A stretch of DNA of 46,578 nucleotides from Sphingomonadales bacterium (GCA_038238515.1 JBBRXQ010000001.1:1-46578); one strand, 5' to 3'; shown: positions 28,201 through 36,302, numbered from the stretch's first letter. The notes: generated by a model from the letters alone, not told the origin. A program made the numbers and translations.

Positions 28201-29503
28201 CATGTCCGGCATAGACCACCGTCTCAAGCTGCGAGGACGACAGCATCCGTTCGGCGACCGTGCGTTCCGGGAGGTGCGGGACGTAACTGGCGATCGGCGC
28301 CGCAATCGATCCCATGGCGACCGATTCCACGAGCGCGGTCGGGTGCTCGCCCGCTGTCGCGAACTCGAGGCGGCTAGGCCGATAGGGCAGATAGACGCCT
28401 GACTGTGCGAGCAATGGGGCGGGCTGCGCCAAGGTTCGGTATTCGACGGGCAGCACGTCGTTGCGCGTTACGGTGCGCTGGATCCGCATCGGCGCAGACT
28501 TGGCTGACCGCATCGAGCGCATCAGCGACAAACCTCGTGTCTTCGGCTTTGGTATGTCTGCAACGGGCGGAAGAACCGCAGTGCGCGGGACCGGCTCGAT
28601 GGCGCTCAGGACATCGATCGCCGCAGCGCACTGCAAGGTGGCGAAACTTGCGCTGCCGGGCGTTTTGTCGATCACGTAGAGCCGCACCGCGATGCTGGTG
28701 CCTTGTTTCCCAAACCCGCGTTCGAGCCTGATCGACTGTCGCACCGAGCAGCCACGCAGCGTATCGGCAAAGGCTTCGCGCAGCCGCGCGCTATTAGAAA
28801 ACCAGTCGGGCATGATCGCGACAAGTCGCCCAGCAGGAGCCAAGCGCCGCAGCGCAGCCTGGAGGTGGCGCGCAGCGGCATAGTCGTCGGCCCCTCGCCC
28901 CAGCGAGCGAGAAAACGGCGGGTTCATAAGAATCAGCGTGGGGTGCGGTGCATCAGCCATCCGGGAATTGATGGTCGCGCCGTCATACTGAGTGACGGTG
29001 GTTTCTGGAAACGCGAGCCGCAGACGTGCGGCGCGGGCCGGGTCGAGCTCGTTGAGCTGAAAAGCAGCACAGGCAGGGACATGTGCTGCAAGCATGCCGT
29101 TCCCCGCGCTTGGTTCAAGCACGATGTCGGCGGGTGCCGGCTGCGCGAGCCAAACTGCGAGCGCGCCGACGTCGACAGGTGTCGAGAATTGCTGCCAGGC
29201 AATCTGGTCCTCGCTGCGCACCGTCTGGGTTGGCACCGTCCGGGCGAGCGACGCGGCGTAACGCACGCTTTCAGCGCTGGGTTCAACGCTGCGGCCGCGC
29301 AAGTGTTGCGTTAGTGCCAGTTCGAGGATTTCGAAGCTTTGGCGCTGGGTCCAGACACCCAAAGCATCACTGCCCCCAAACGCAGTGACCATCGCGCGGT
29401 TGAGTGCGGCGCGGTCGATGCCCTGCCCCGCGTCCAGTTGAGCCAAAAGCTCGCGGGCGGCAGCGTGTTCGCGTGTCGGCGTGAAATCGAAGATGTTGGT
29501 CAT
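25286..29503 (-). CDS. Strawberry-notch family protein: N-terminal methyltransferase plus SF2 helicase-like domains
   Basis: QQFSTP; VLEPSAGNG; ILMNPPFS; FLGDGTGAGKGR; FDEAH; YASATGA; SDAGGTGRSYHA; QGLGRTHRT; CCAGGAG RBS. Confidence 0.92.
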   Translation of the reverse strand: MTNIFDFTPTREHAAARELLAQLDAGQGIDRAALNRAMVTAFGGSDALGVWTQRQSFEILELALTQHLRGRSVEPSAESVRYAASLARTVPTQTVRSEDQIAWQQFSTPVDVGALAVWLAQPAPADIVLEPSAGNGMLAAHVPACAAFQLNELDPARAARLRLAFPETTVTQYDGATINSRMADAPHPTLILMNPPFSRSLGRGADDYAAARHLQAALRRLAPAGRLVAIMPDWFSNSARLREAFADTLRGCSVRQSIRLERGFGKQGTSIAVRLYVIDKTPGSASFATLQCAAAIDVLSAIEPVPRTAVLPPVADIPKPKTRGLSLMRSMRSAKSAPMRIQRTVTRNDVLPVEYRTLAQPAPLLAQSGVYLPYRPSRLEFATAGEHPTALVESVAMGSIAAPIASYVPHLPERTVAERMLSSSQLETVVYAGHAWQQTIPGKFVPAKEGVGLTLAQDGREYRKGYFLGDGTGAGKGRQIAACVLDHWLQGRRRAIWLTKNEQLLEDARRDWAALGGLSADIQPLSAWKIDEPLTLTEGVLFVTYPTLRSQREETTRLQQILQWAGPEFDGVIAFDEAHEMGGVAGGEGALGAKKGSQQGIAGVLLQNHLPRARVLYASATGASEVNNLAYAVRLGLWGPETAFADREQFITQIRSGGIAAMELVARDLKATGLYTSRALSFAGVEYDILKHELTPQQIEIYDTYAEAWAVIHQNLEIALELTSIVDGMTGDTLNSGAKAAARSRFESCKQRFFGQLLLSMKLPTVIAATQVHLVRGKSVVMQLVTTAESILDRRLGELSPEERAVLEIDLSPREYVIDYLERAFPTRQMRIYTDDTGTARSEPMVDDAGHPVHNPDAEAAKADMIEHLCALPPIKSALDALLEHFGHDAVAEVTGRTKRLVPNGQGGQKLESRSTRTSQAEAAAFMAGAKRILIFSDAGGTGRSYHASYEVKNQQQRVHLLLEPGWRADRAIQGLGRTHRTHQATTPLFRPVTTNCKGELRFTSTIARRLDSLGALTRGQRQTGGQNLFDPADNLESDYARAALVTWFHLLCAGKLKSTNLADFEKRSGLTLADKDGVMVEDLPPIQRWLNRILAFPIGLQNAIFEEFLELIEARVAAAREAGTLDLGVETLAAERATVVDDLVLRTDANSGATSHLLTIEIETKLKPVSLERIMTIADRNELVAWLYNAKSQRVALRVAARSIMIDDGTSFRRFELIRPTRHEYIRADDLLETAWAEITREEFAAKWQVEVKDAANHTERRTIHLATGLLLPIWSALPADHLVVNRIVDQEGKSWLGRLVFEDHLPTLYTKLGIDPASKMDAAAVARSALAGGSVALTRPFEMVVKRSLVNGQQRVEMTGCPVAQLPWLKSLGCFTEIIRYTTRVFVPLDQVEVILSRIIPSQ

Positions 29504-29541
29504 GGGGATCTCCTGGCAATCCATTGTTTGGATTCCCCCCC

Positions 29542-30402
29542 TCAATCCCTCTTCTCTTTGACCTGCCTCGCGGCATTCAAGGCCGCCCAGTCCTTGTATG
29601 GGCCTGGTGGGTTGATGCGGCGCACAATCATCTCGCGGTCTCGATAATCGGCCGAGGCCCGCCGAGCAGCGCGCCTGCCTTCAGAATCGTTGTCTTCTGC
29701 AATGACAATGGTTGTGACGCAGTCCGGAAACCGTAGGAGGTGCAGCCTACCCGCGCCGAGCGACGTCCAGCAGGCGCCATGCCCAAGCGTCATGAAGGCC
29801 GCAGCGTCTTCGAAGCTTTCGGCTATGGCGAGCGTATTGCAAGGTATCGCGCCTTGCCAGGCCCCCTGCCCCGGCGATCCGATCATCACCTTTTCGGTAT
29901 AACTCCCGCTGATGGGGTCGAGGAATATCCGCTGGATGGCGGTTAGCTGCCACCCTTCGCGCACAGCGACGAGCAGCGCCGGCTTGAATTTTGTGAGTGG
30001 CTTGGGGCCATGCGGACAGCGCGGATGATATCGGATGTCGGGCCAGTCAATTGGAAGCCCTCGTCCACGAAGATATGTTTCCGCAAGGGTGCCTTTGATC
30101 TCGAGTCCATCGGCCCACAATCGCTCAACGGTTGCCGATCCTGCCGATCTGTCGCGCCAGGGAGGCGCGGCATGGTGCCTGCCGGGCACGATACGTGCGA
30201 GCTCACGAAGAACATCGATATTCGCACAACCTGCAAAGCAATGGACCAAAAAGCCACGGTCGCCTTGCCTGATCGAAAGACTTGGCGATTTGTCGTCGTG
30301 AGCAGGACACCTGCAAAGTGCGGACTGGCCGCTCCATTTTCCGCCAAGCGCGCCAACCAGGTCGACGAGCTCTTGGGTTGGTTTTCGGGCAATAAGCGAC
30401 AT
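29542..30402 (-). CDS. Zn-finger/Toprim plasmid primase-like protein
   Basis: CRCPAHDDKSPSLSI; VHCFAGC; YLRGRG; AIQRIFL; LAIAESFED; AEDND..G; KDW. Confidence 0.88.
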   Translation of the reverse strand: MSLIARKPTQELVDLVGALGGKWSGQSALCRCPAHDDKSPSLSIRQGDRGFLVHCFAGCANIDVLRELARIVPGRHHAAPPWRDRSAGSATVERLWADGLEIKGTLAETYLRGRGLPIDWPDIRYHPRCPHGPKPLTKFKPALLVAVREGWQLTAIQRIFLDPISGSYTEKVMIGSPGQGAWQGAIPCNTLAIAESFEDAAAFMTLGHGACWTSLGAGRLHLLRFPDCVTTIVIAEDNDSEGRRAARRASADYRDREMIVRRINPPGPYKDWAALNAARQVKEKRD

Positions 30403-30487
30403 GGGCAACCCACTCCTTTTTCAGAGCTCCGTCCCCCCCTCTCCTTTCTGCCTCAGATTTGAATGGCCGAGTGTGCGATATGCGTCG

Positions 30488-31663
30488 TCAGCTTGCGGGC
30501 ATGGCCCGGCGCATGAACGCATCGAATAGCGGCACTGTGAATGCCGTTTCACCGTAGCCCGGCGTATAGATCATGCCTTTGGCGATAAGCGATGCACGAA
30601 CCGGGCCGAACGAGCTGGGTTTTCGGCCAATGTGATCGGCAACGGTTGTTGAGTTGTGAGGTCCCTCACCAAGCTCAGCCATGCCCCGCAAATATCGCTT
30701 TTCCGAGGGTGTTAACCGGTCAAACCGTACACGGAAGAAGCTATCATCCAGTGCGGCGATCGCGATTGGATAGGCCAGGTTTACGTCGTCAACTGTAATG
30801 GGGCATTGCGCTGCCGTCTCCCAGCACTGCTTCCCCCATTCCTGCAGGAAATAGGGATAGCCCCGTGTCACTTCTAAGATCTTGGTGACGGCGGCAGGTT
30901 CGATGCTGCATTGCTCCGCCTCGATCGGGTGCACAATTGCTGCGCTCGCGGCCTCTTCGCCCAGTGGTCCTATCGAGGTGAACAGAAACAAGCGCTCCGC
31001 GTACGATTTCGCCTTGCCCATCTGCCCAGCAAGCTGCGGTAGCCCGGCGGCGAGCAATGTAATCGGTCGCTCGTTTTGCCGTGCGCGGTGGAGCGCCGTT
31101 ATAAGCGCAGCAAGCTCGCGTTCGGGAACGTATTGCAGCTCATCAATAAACAGCACCAGCGCAGTGCCGCGTTCGCCTGCGGCTGCACCGGCCAAGTCGA
31201 TGAGATCGATCAGGTCGGATTCCAGATCCCCATTGTCTGCAACGCCAACCTCGCCCAGATCGAGTGACGCCTCTAGCTCACCGAAGCTCAGCTTGAATGC
31301 CCTTACGAACCGGGCAAGAGCGCCGAGCCCGCGCTTTGCTAACGTCATTGCGGCCTGTCCGCGGTCGAGTTTAAGCAGCGCTGTGCGCAAGGCCGGCACC
31401 AGCATCGACGGAAGTGACTGGCCTTCAGGCGCTTCAATGGGAACGGTAACGATGCCCTCGCCGTCAGCGGCTCGGCGCATGGTGTTCAGGAGGACTGTTT
31501 TTCCAACCCCGCGCAGTCCAGTAAGAACAAGGCTTTGGGCGTGGCGGTTGTTGCGGATACGGTCGATCGCGATAGCGACGGTTTCGAGAACGGCTTCTCG
31601 GCCTGCGAGCTCGGGTGGGCGGCTGCCAGCGCCGGGTGCGAATGGGTTGCGACGGGGGTCCAT
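30488..31663 (-). CDS. Stand-alone AAA+ ATPase (AAA_16-like) with C-terminal winged helix
   Basis: NPFAPGAG..PPELAGR; GLRGVGKT Walker A; LFIDELQ Walker B; GYPYFLQ. Confidence 0.88.
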   Translation of the reverse strand: MDPRRNPFAPGAGSRPPELAGREAVLETVAIAIDRIRNNRHAQSLVLTGLRGVGKTVLLNTMRRAADGEGIVTVPIEAPEGQSLPSMLVPALRTALLKLDRGQAAMTLAKRGLGALARFVRAFKLSFGELEASLDLGEVGVADNGDLESDLIDLIDLAGAAAGERGTALVLFIDELQYVPERELAALITALHRARQNERPITLLAAGLPQLAGQMGKAKSYAERLFLFTSIGPLGEEAASAAIVHPIEAEQCSIEPAAVTKILEVTRGYPYFLQEWGKQCWETAAQCPITVDDVNLAYPIAIAALDDSFFRVRFDRLTPSEKRYLRGMAELGEGPHNSTTVADHIGRKPSSFGPVRASLIAKGMIYTPGYGETAFTVPLFDAFMRRAMPAS

Positions 31664-31874
31664 GCTACGGCTTTTATAGACTTCTACACGATCTGCATAG
31701 AACCCATTAAATTGCCTACTTGGCAATAGCGCTTGGGGAATCTCATCTTACTTTTCAAAGTCCTAGATGAAACTTCGTGAGGAGGTTAGATAGTTTATCT
31801 CTAATTTTAAAAGGTTAAGGGCTGCCAGAAAGCTCTGCACCTCGCAAGATTGGGCGAGTCGCGAGCCTGCGGCT

Positions 31875-31988
31875 GTTCCCGATGGATCGACGTTTCGTTC
31901 CTGATGTGTCGTTTACGCTGTTCCTGATGTGACGATGAGTTGTTCCTGTTGTGTCGACGATTTGGGAACGAGCGTTCCTGATATGTCG
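31875..31988. repeat. Five 15-bp iterons (putative oriV)
   Basis: GTTCCCGATGGATCG 31875, GTTCCTGATGTGTCG 31897, GTTCCTGATGTGACG 31920, GTTCCTGTTGTGTCG 31942, GTTCCTGATATGTCG 31974; spacing 22/23/22/32 bp; AT-rich flanks. Confidence 0.85.
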
Positions 31989-32113
31989 AAGCTTGCAATA
32001 TGGGAGCATGGCCGCGCGTAAATTTGAATCAGTTTCTGGAACATCGCGGCGATTATGATTCAATGCGAAGGTTCGAGCGCGCATCGCAGAGCAAAATAAT
32101 TTGTGGCGGACGT

Positions 32114-32680
32114 TCAGCACGACACTTCAGGAACGGGTAGCCTCGTTGTCTCGCCGCCACGTGGTTCTGCCGGGCATTGCCAAAGCAGGTCGGGTTCGGA
32201 GTATCGGAGAATTTGAGGATGCCGCGGGTGTCCATCCTTCAGGTGATCAAGGCAATAAAGTGGGCGACCAATCCGCTGTGCCAAGCGGGCCACGTCCCGC
32301 CAGCGCTGCTTCAGCTTTGGCGCGAGCTTTGCTTCTGCTCCCCACGCAGCGTAGCAGCGATCTGACGCGCGCATGATGATCTCGAGGTGGTGATCATTTT
32401 CTGGCCCTACCGGATCAGGAGCCAGGTTGAGTTCGCGGACGTGCCGGGAGCGATAGGCAAAGAGGTTGCCAACGAGGATACGGCCGTATCCGTGTTTACG
32501 GCCAAAGTGTCGGACCATGCGGACCGTGTGGTCATCATGGTGTGCATCTGCGCCCGAAGGATTTGTCATGATGAAGGCCAACACCGGCGCAGCGATATCC
32601 GCCGGCGAGGGTCGGTCAAGCCTGTACCTGTAAGTCCCACAGGGCGAAAACACCGCCGTACCCGGAACCGCCTCGGTCAT
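32114..32680 (-). CDS. DUF1643 family protein
   Basis: AVFSPCGTYRYRL.R; FIMTNPS.AD...DD.TV; NLFAYRS; GPEND; AAWG; GHPRHP; ATGA overlap with the repA stop. Confidence 0.88.
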   Translation of the reverse strand: MTEAVPGTAVFSPCGTYRYRLDRPSPADIAAPVLAFIMTNPSGADAHHDDHTVRMVRHFGRKHGYGRILVGNLFAYRSRHVRELNLAPDPVGPENDHHLEIIMRASDRCYAAWGAEAKLAPKLKQRWRDVARLAQRIGRPLYCLDHLKDGHPRHPQILRYSEPDLLWQCPAEPRGGETTRLPVPEVSC

Positions 32681-33912
32681 CCCCTGAGCTCGCGGCGGTG
32701 CTTTTCATGGTGGCGGCGGACCCAGCCAACAAAGGCCTTTTGCCAGTTTGCGGGTGCTCGGTCCGGAGAGGCGTTGACCCAGACTTCAAATTCAGCATGA
32801 AGCGCGTACAGATCCCACCCCGGGCACTGCTCACGAAGCAGCGTGATGGTGTCGTCAGACATAAAGCCGCGCGTAGCCGCGTCGGATAGTCCAGATATTG
32901 ATTGCCGGATCAGTGCGCGGGCATCGACCATTGGTTCGATTGGTCGTCCCACAGGCTCAGAAAGTTTCCTTGAGGAAACTTTTTCGGGGCTCCTGGGGTC
33001 AGCCCCCTGCCCGGCCCGCTCGGCAGTGACGCGCGCGGCAGCACTTGTCGTCAGGACCGCACCATCACCCTTTGCATCATTGCGCTGCATGCGAAGCGAT
33101 GGTTCACCAGTCGGATCGGCTGCGGCTACAACGGCCAAGTCGTACCGCGGCAGCGCATTTTTCTCAGCCAGCTTGATCAGCTCGAACTTGAAGCGCCGAT
33201 ACTCGCCTTCAGCGCCGCTCTTTTCGAACAAGGTTGGCATCGAGATGGTGAAACCCGCCTCCCCTGCCCCGCCTGCATGCTTGCGCGCCACACGGTAAAG
33301 CCAGCGCTCTCGCCCGCCGGTTATATTGAAATACGCGCGGTCGATGGAGAGCACCCCGCCCTTCATCAAGACACCTTCGTAGAACCAGTTCGATAGTTCC
33401 AGCGTCATGCCTTTGGAGCGCTCGGTCTTTTCATCAACTAGCTGGGTCCAGCCATCGAGCCAGCTGAACGTTGCTTCGCGCCGGTTCTCAGCGCGGATGT
33501 TGGTTTTGATCGTGGTTGCTACGAGGCGGTCGAGTGCCTGCCCAAGCAATTCGTAAGCGCGCCCGGTGGTCGGCCGTCCGATCGACCGCAGCAAGTCATA
33601 GGGCATGATATGCAGCTTGCGCGGAATGTCGTTGTTGCCGCGCCGTGCCATATCGGCAAGCACACTTGCACAGTAGATCAACAAGTCTGCATCCCAGATA
33701 GTGGCCATGCCATAATCGGGGTTGCCGGACACATGGACCCAGAGCTTGCCGTCGGGGCTCGAATAGTCGATCGGCTTGACCCGCTTTGACTTGGCCAAGC
33801 TGAAAAAGGGCCGCTCCATCATTTCCCGCTGGTCGCGAAAATTCAGATCGGCAATATAGGGCAGGAACAGGTCGAACTGTTCATCCACAAACTTTGTGCG
33901 GGCGCGGGTCAT
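32677..33912 (-). CDS. repA: Plasmid replication initiator protein (RPA family)
   Basis: RDQREMMERPFFSLAK; GMATIWDADLLIY; Y.LL...LDRL..T.I.TN; YF.ITGG.ERWLYR.ARKH.G; start may be TTG at 33954. Confidence 0.9.
   Translation of the reverse strand: MTRARTKFVDEQFDLFLPYIADLNFRDQREMMERPFFSLAKSKRVKPIDYSSPDGKLWVHVSGNPDYGMATIWDADLLIYCASVLADMARRGNNDIPRKLHIMPYDLLRSIGRPTTGRAYELLGQALDRLVATTIKTNIRAENRREATFSWLDGWTQLVDEKTERSKGMTLELSNWFYEGVLMKGGVLSIDRAYFNITGGRERWLYRVARKHAGGAGEAGFTISMPTLFEKSGAEGEYRRFKFELIKLAEKNALPRYDLAVVAAADPTGEPSLRMQRNDAKGDGAVLTTSAAARVTAERAGQGADPRSPEKVSSRKLSEPVGRPIEPMVDARALIRQSISGLSDAATRGFMSDDTITLLREQCPGWDLYALHAEFEVWVNASPDRAPANWQKAFVGWVRRHHEKHRRELRG
32961..32982. promoter_or_regulatory. parS-like palindrome inside repA
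   Basis: AAAGTTTCCTTGAGGAAACTTT, one mismatch to the 33914 copy. Confidence 0.7.
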
Positions 33913-33913
33913 G

Positions 33914-33937
33914 AAAAGTTTCCTCGAGGAAACTTTT
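33914..33937. promoter_or_regulatory. parS-like perfect 24-bp palindrome between parB and repA
   Basis: AAAAGTTTCCTCGAGGAAACTTTT; GTTTC...GAAAC core as in ParB sites. Confidence 0.75.
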
Positions 33938-33973
33938 GACACGGCATAACGCAAGGCAGGGCAGGGCGGAGCA

Positions 33974-35032
33974 CTACCTCACCGAAACGCCGCTTTGCCG
34001 CAGATTGCCAAGGACTTCGCGGACCGCATCGATAATCTGATCGTCGCTGGCACCGCTTGCCCGGGGCAAATGCAGCGTGATCCCCTGACGGTTTACGCCT
34101 TTGACGGCCAGAATAGGACGCCCGTGTTCGCCGTTAATCTCCATGCGCACATTGCTAGATGGGGTAACCGGGGTAGCTGTTGCCGCCATCAACCTGACCA
34201 GAACGGCAGAACCGGGCAGGGGAGGGGAGGCTGCTTGTGCTGTAATAACCTTCGCCTCTTTGACGATGGCTTTGGCGCGGTCCTTGTCGTCCATCGCGGC
34301 CGCCAATTTGTAGGCGGGGTTGAGCGTCAATTCATGCCAATTGGAAAAGGCATTGAGCACTGCATCTGGCAGCGAAGCGGCCCTGAGCATCTTGGAGAGC
34401 CAACCCTTAGAGAGTTTGAGCCGCTCGGCCATGCGAACCGCCTTGCCGCCGTAATGACGGTCGATCGCTTCGGCGTAATTGCGGGCGCGCTCGATGTCCG
34501 AAATATCCCGGCGTGCCCGGTTTTCAATGTCTGCTAGCCGGAAAGCAGCCTCATCATCCAGATCGGCGACCTGGGCCAGAAGGCGCATTTCGGGATAGGA
34601 GTGATTGCGCAGCCAAGAAATTGCAAAGTGCCGCCGTGTACCGGCGATCAGTTCGTAATCGTGATCTGCATCGCCGGTGAGATGTCGGACGATTGCCGGA
34701 ACCTTTTGTCCTCCTTCCGCCACAATCGAATCGATCAGATCTCGGCAGTTGTCTTCGGACAGCTGCGCCTGCAAGCGGGCGTTGCCCGTCCAAACCCGTA
34801 CGCGGGCCGGATCGATCAACAACTGCGTGACCTGCCTAACTTCGCCGCTGGCGACCCGGGCGAGGGCATTATCTCGTCCGAGCAGCGACAAGCTGGCTCT
34901 GGATGACGTCCGCTCCGCCGGAACATCCTTCGTCAGGGCAGCCGAACGGTCTGCGAGTTCGGCGGCGGCAGCTGTGCGGGGCTCATCGACCGCCAAGAGC
35001 TCTGCGAGATAGTCGCTCTGCTTCTTTGCCAT
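33974..35032 (-). CDS. parB: Plasmid partition protein ParB
   Basis: GQKVPAIVR; YELIAGTRRH; ADIENRAR.DIS..ERA; HTH; downstream of parA. Confidence 0.92.
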   Translation of the reverse strand: MAKKQSDYLAELLAVDEPRTAAAAELADRSAALTKDVPAERTSSRASLSLLGRDNALARVASGEVRQVTQLLIDPARVRVWTGNARLQAQLSEDNCRDLIDSIVAEGGQKVPAIVRHLTGDADHDYELIAGTRRHFAISWLRNHSYPEMRLLAQVADLDDEAAFRLADIENRARRDISDIERARNYAEAIDRHYGGKAVRMAERLKLSKGWLSKMLRAASLPDAVLNAFSNWHELTLNPAYKLAAAMDDKDRAKAIVKEAKVITAQAASPPLPGSAVLVRLMAATATPVTPSSNVRMEINGEHGRPILAVKGVNRQGITLHLPRASGASDDQIIDAVREVLGNLRQSGVSVR

Positions 35033-35083
35033 CAGCCCTTGCCTTCAGTCACTGAAATGTCGATCCTGGTAAGGACGGTGCCA

Positions 35084-36280
35084 CTATGCCGCATTGACCA
35101 CCTCCCGTTCGCTGGCGGGCGCGGCAATCCCCCATCCCCGGCGCACCAATGCTTCGATCTGCCCCAGCGCCTCGTCGAGGTTGTTGCGGCAACGTTTGTG
35201 CGTTTTGGGCGTGCCAATGGGCCGCTCCAGCTCGTACACTGTCATCATCCGCAGTGAGGCATGACTGATTTCAGCGCTTTCGAGGATCGAGACAGGAAGC
35301 AATGCAGGTCCAAATGTCTGGCCCATGATTTGTTGGACCATCGTTTGGCTCGGATCGTTCGCATCAAACTTCGAACAGAGCAGCCGAACAAAATCGTAGT
35401 CCACCGTGATACCTGCTTGCGCCAATTGCCCCGTCACCTGGTTCATCATCGACAGGAACTGCACGGTCGAGCAAAAATCGGGCGTCGTGGCCGCCAGAGG
35501 GACAATCAATGCGTTGGCTGCTTGCATGACGGCCAATGAAATTGTGCCGAGGGCAGGGGGCGGGTCGAGGATGACCACGTCGTAATCGCGGGCCAGGTCG
35601 TTGAGCCCTCGTTTCAGCTTGCGAAAGCGCGAGGCGAGCACCGATCCGCCATCCGCGCCTGATGCGGCTAGCTCATATTCAACATCAAAGAGTTCGAGAT
35701 TGGACGGGATGAGATCGACATTGGGCCACGGCGTTTTCTGCACCGCGTAAAGCAGATCAGTCTGCGTCGGATCGATGGAAAGATAGGGATAAAGCGTTTG
35801 CTCGCGCGCAATGTTGAAATGCGGGTTGAAACCAAACAACGTGGTGGTCGTTGCCTGGCTGTCGCAATCGACCACCAGCACGCGGTACCCCTGCACCGCA
35901 AAATAATGCGCAAGATGCGTGGTGACGGTTGATTTGCCGACGCCGCCCTTGAAATTCTGGACCGCGATGATTGCAGGATTGTCGAGCGGCGAGCGGGTAG
36001 GGGAGGCGCCCAGTACGCCGCGCATATTGAGCAGATCCTCAATGGAGTAACCCGGTCGCCGGCCGTTTTCCGTTGCCGGGGGAGGGGGGAGCCTCCCGTC
36101 GTCCTCGGCCATGCGAATGCGATTGGTCGAGCAGCCAAGTAGGCTGGCCGCTTCGGCAATGCCAAAGCGAACCGTAAGGCTTTTGCGCGACTCCGGCAGA
36201 AAAGCTTGGCGGCGCAGGCGCTCGATCATCCGCTCGCCCGCTTGAGCCATTTCGGCTATGCGTTCGACTTCTGAATTCAT
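35084..36280 (-). CDS. parA: Plasmid partition ATPase ParA (type Ia with N-terminal HTH)
   Basis: NFKGGVGKST; VVDCDSQ; YDVVILDPPP; N-terminal EAASLLGCS HTH. Confidence 0.95.
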   Translation of the reverse strand: MNSEVERIAEMAQAGERMIERLRRQAFLPESRKSLTVRFGIAEAASLLGCSTNRIRMAEDDGRLPPPPATENGRRPGYSIEDLLNMRGVLGASPTRSPLDNPAIIAVQNFKGGVGKSTVTTHLAHYFAVQGYRVLVVDCDSQATTTTLFGFNPHFNIAREQTLYPYLSIDPTQTDLLYAVQKTPWPNVDLIPSNLELFDVEYELAASGADGGSVLASRFRKLKRGLNDLARDYDVVILDPPPALGTISLAVMQAANALIVPLAATTPDFCSTVQFLSMMNQVTGQLAQAGITVDYDFVRLLCSKFDANDPSQTMVQQIMGQTFGPALLPVSILESAEISHASLRMMTVYELERPIGTPKTHKRCRNNLDEALGQIEALVRRGWGIAAPASEREVVNAA

Positions 36281-36302
36281 TTCAACTCTGCCGCCGGTGT
36301 TT

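Noticed and set aside
26033-28402. Long antisense ORFs (288 aa and 405 aa) within strawberry notch
   Set aside because: Antisense shadows caused by GC3 bias; the same applies to 20830-21816 and 43968-44972
31875-31988. Short repeat array as a CRISPR
   Set aside because: Repeats are 15 bp with 7-17 bp gaps, there are no cas genes, and the array is next to repA; iterons fit better
31807-32120. Minus-strand ORFs across the iterons
   Set aside because: They are translations of repeats, with no RBS or motif
32677-36280. repABC replicon
   Set aside because: The initiator has RPA-family motifs and iterons, not RepC features
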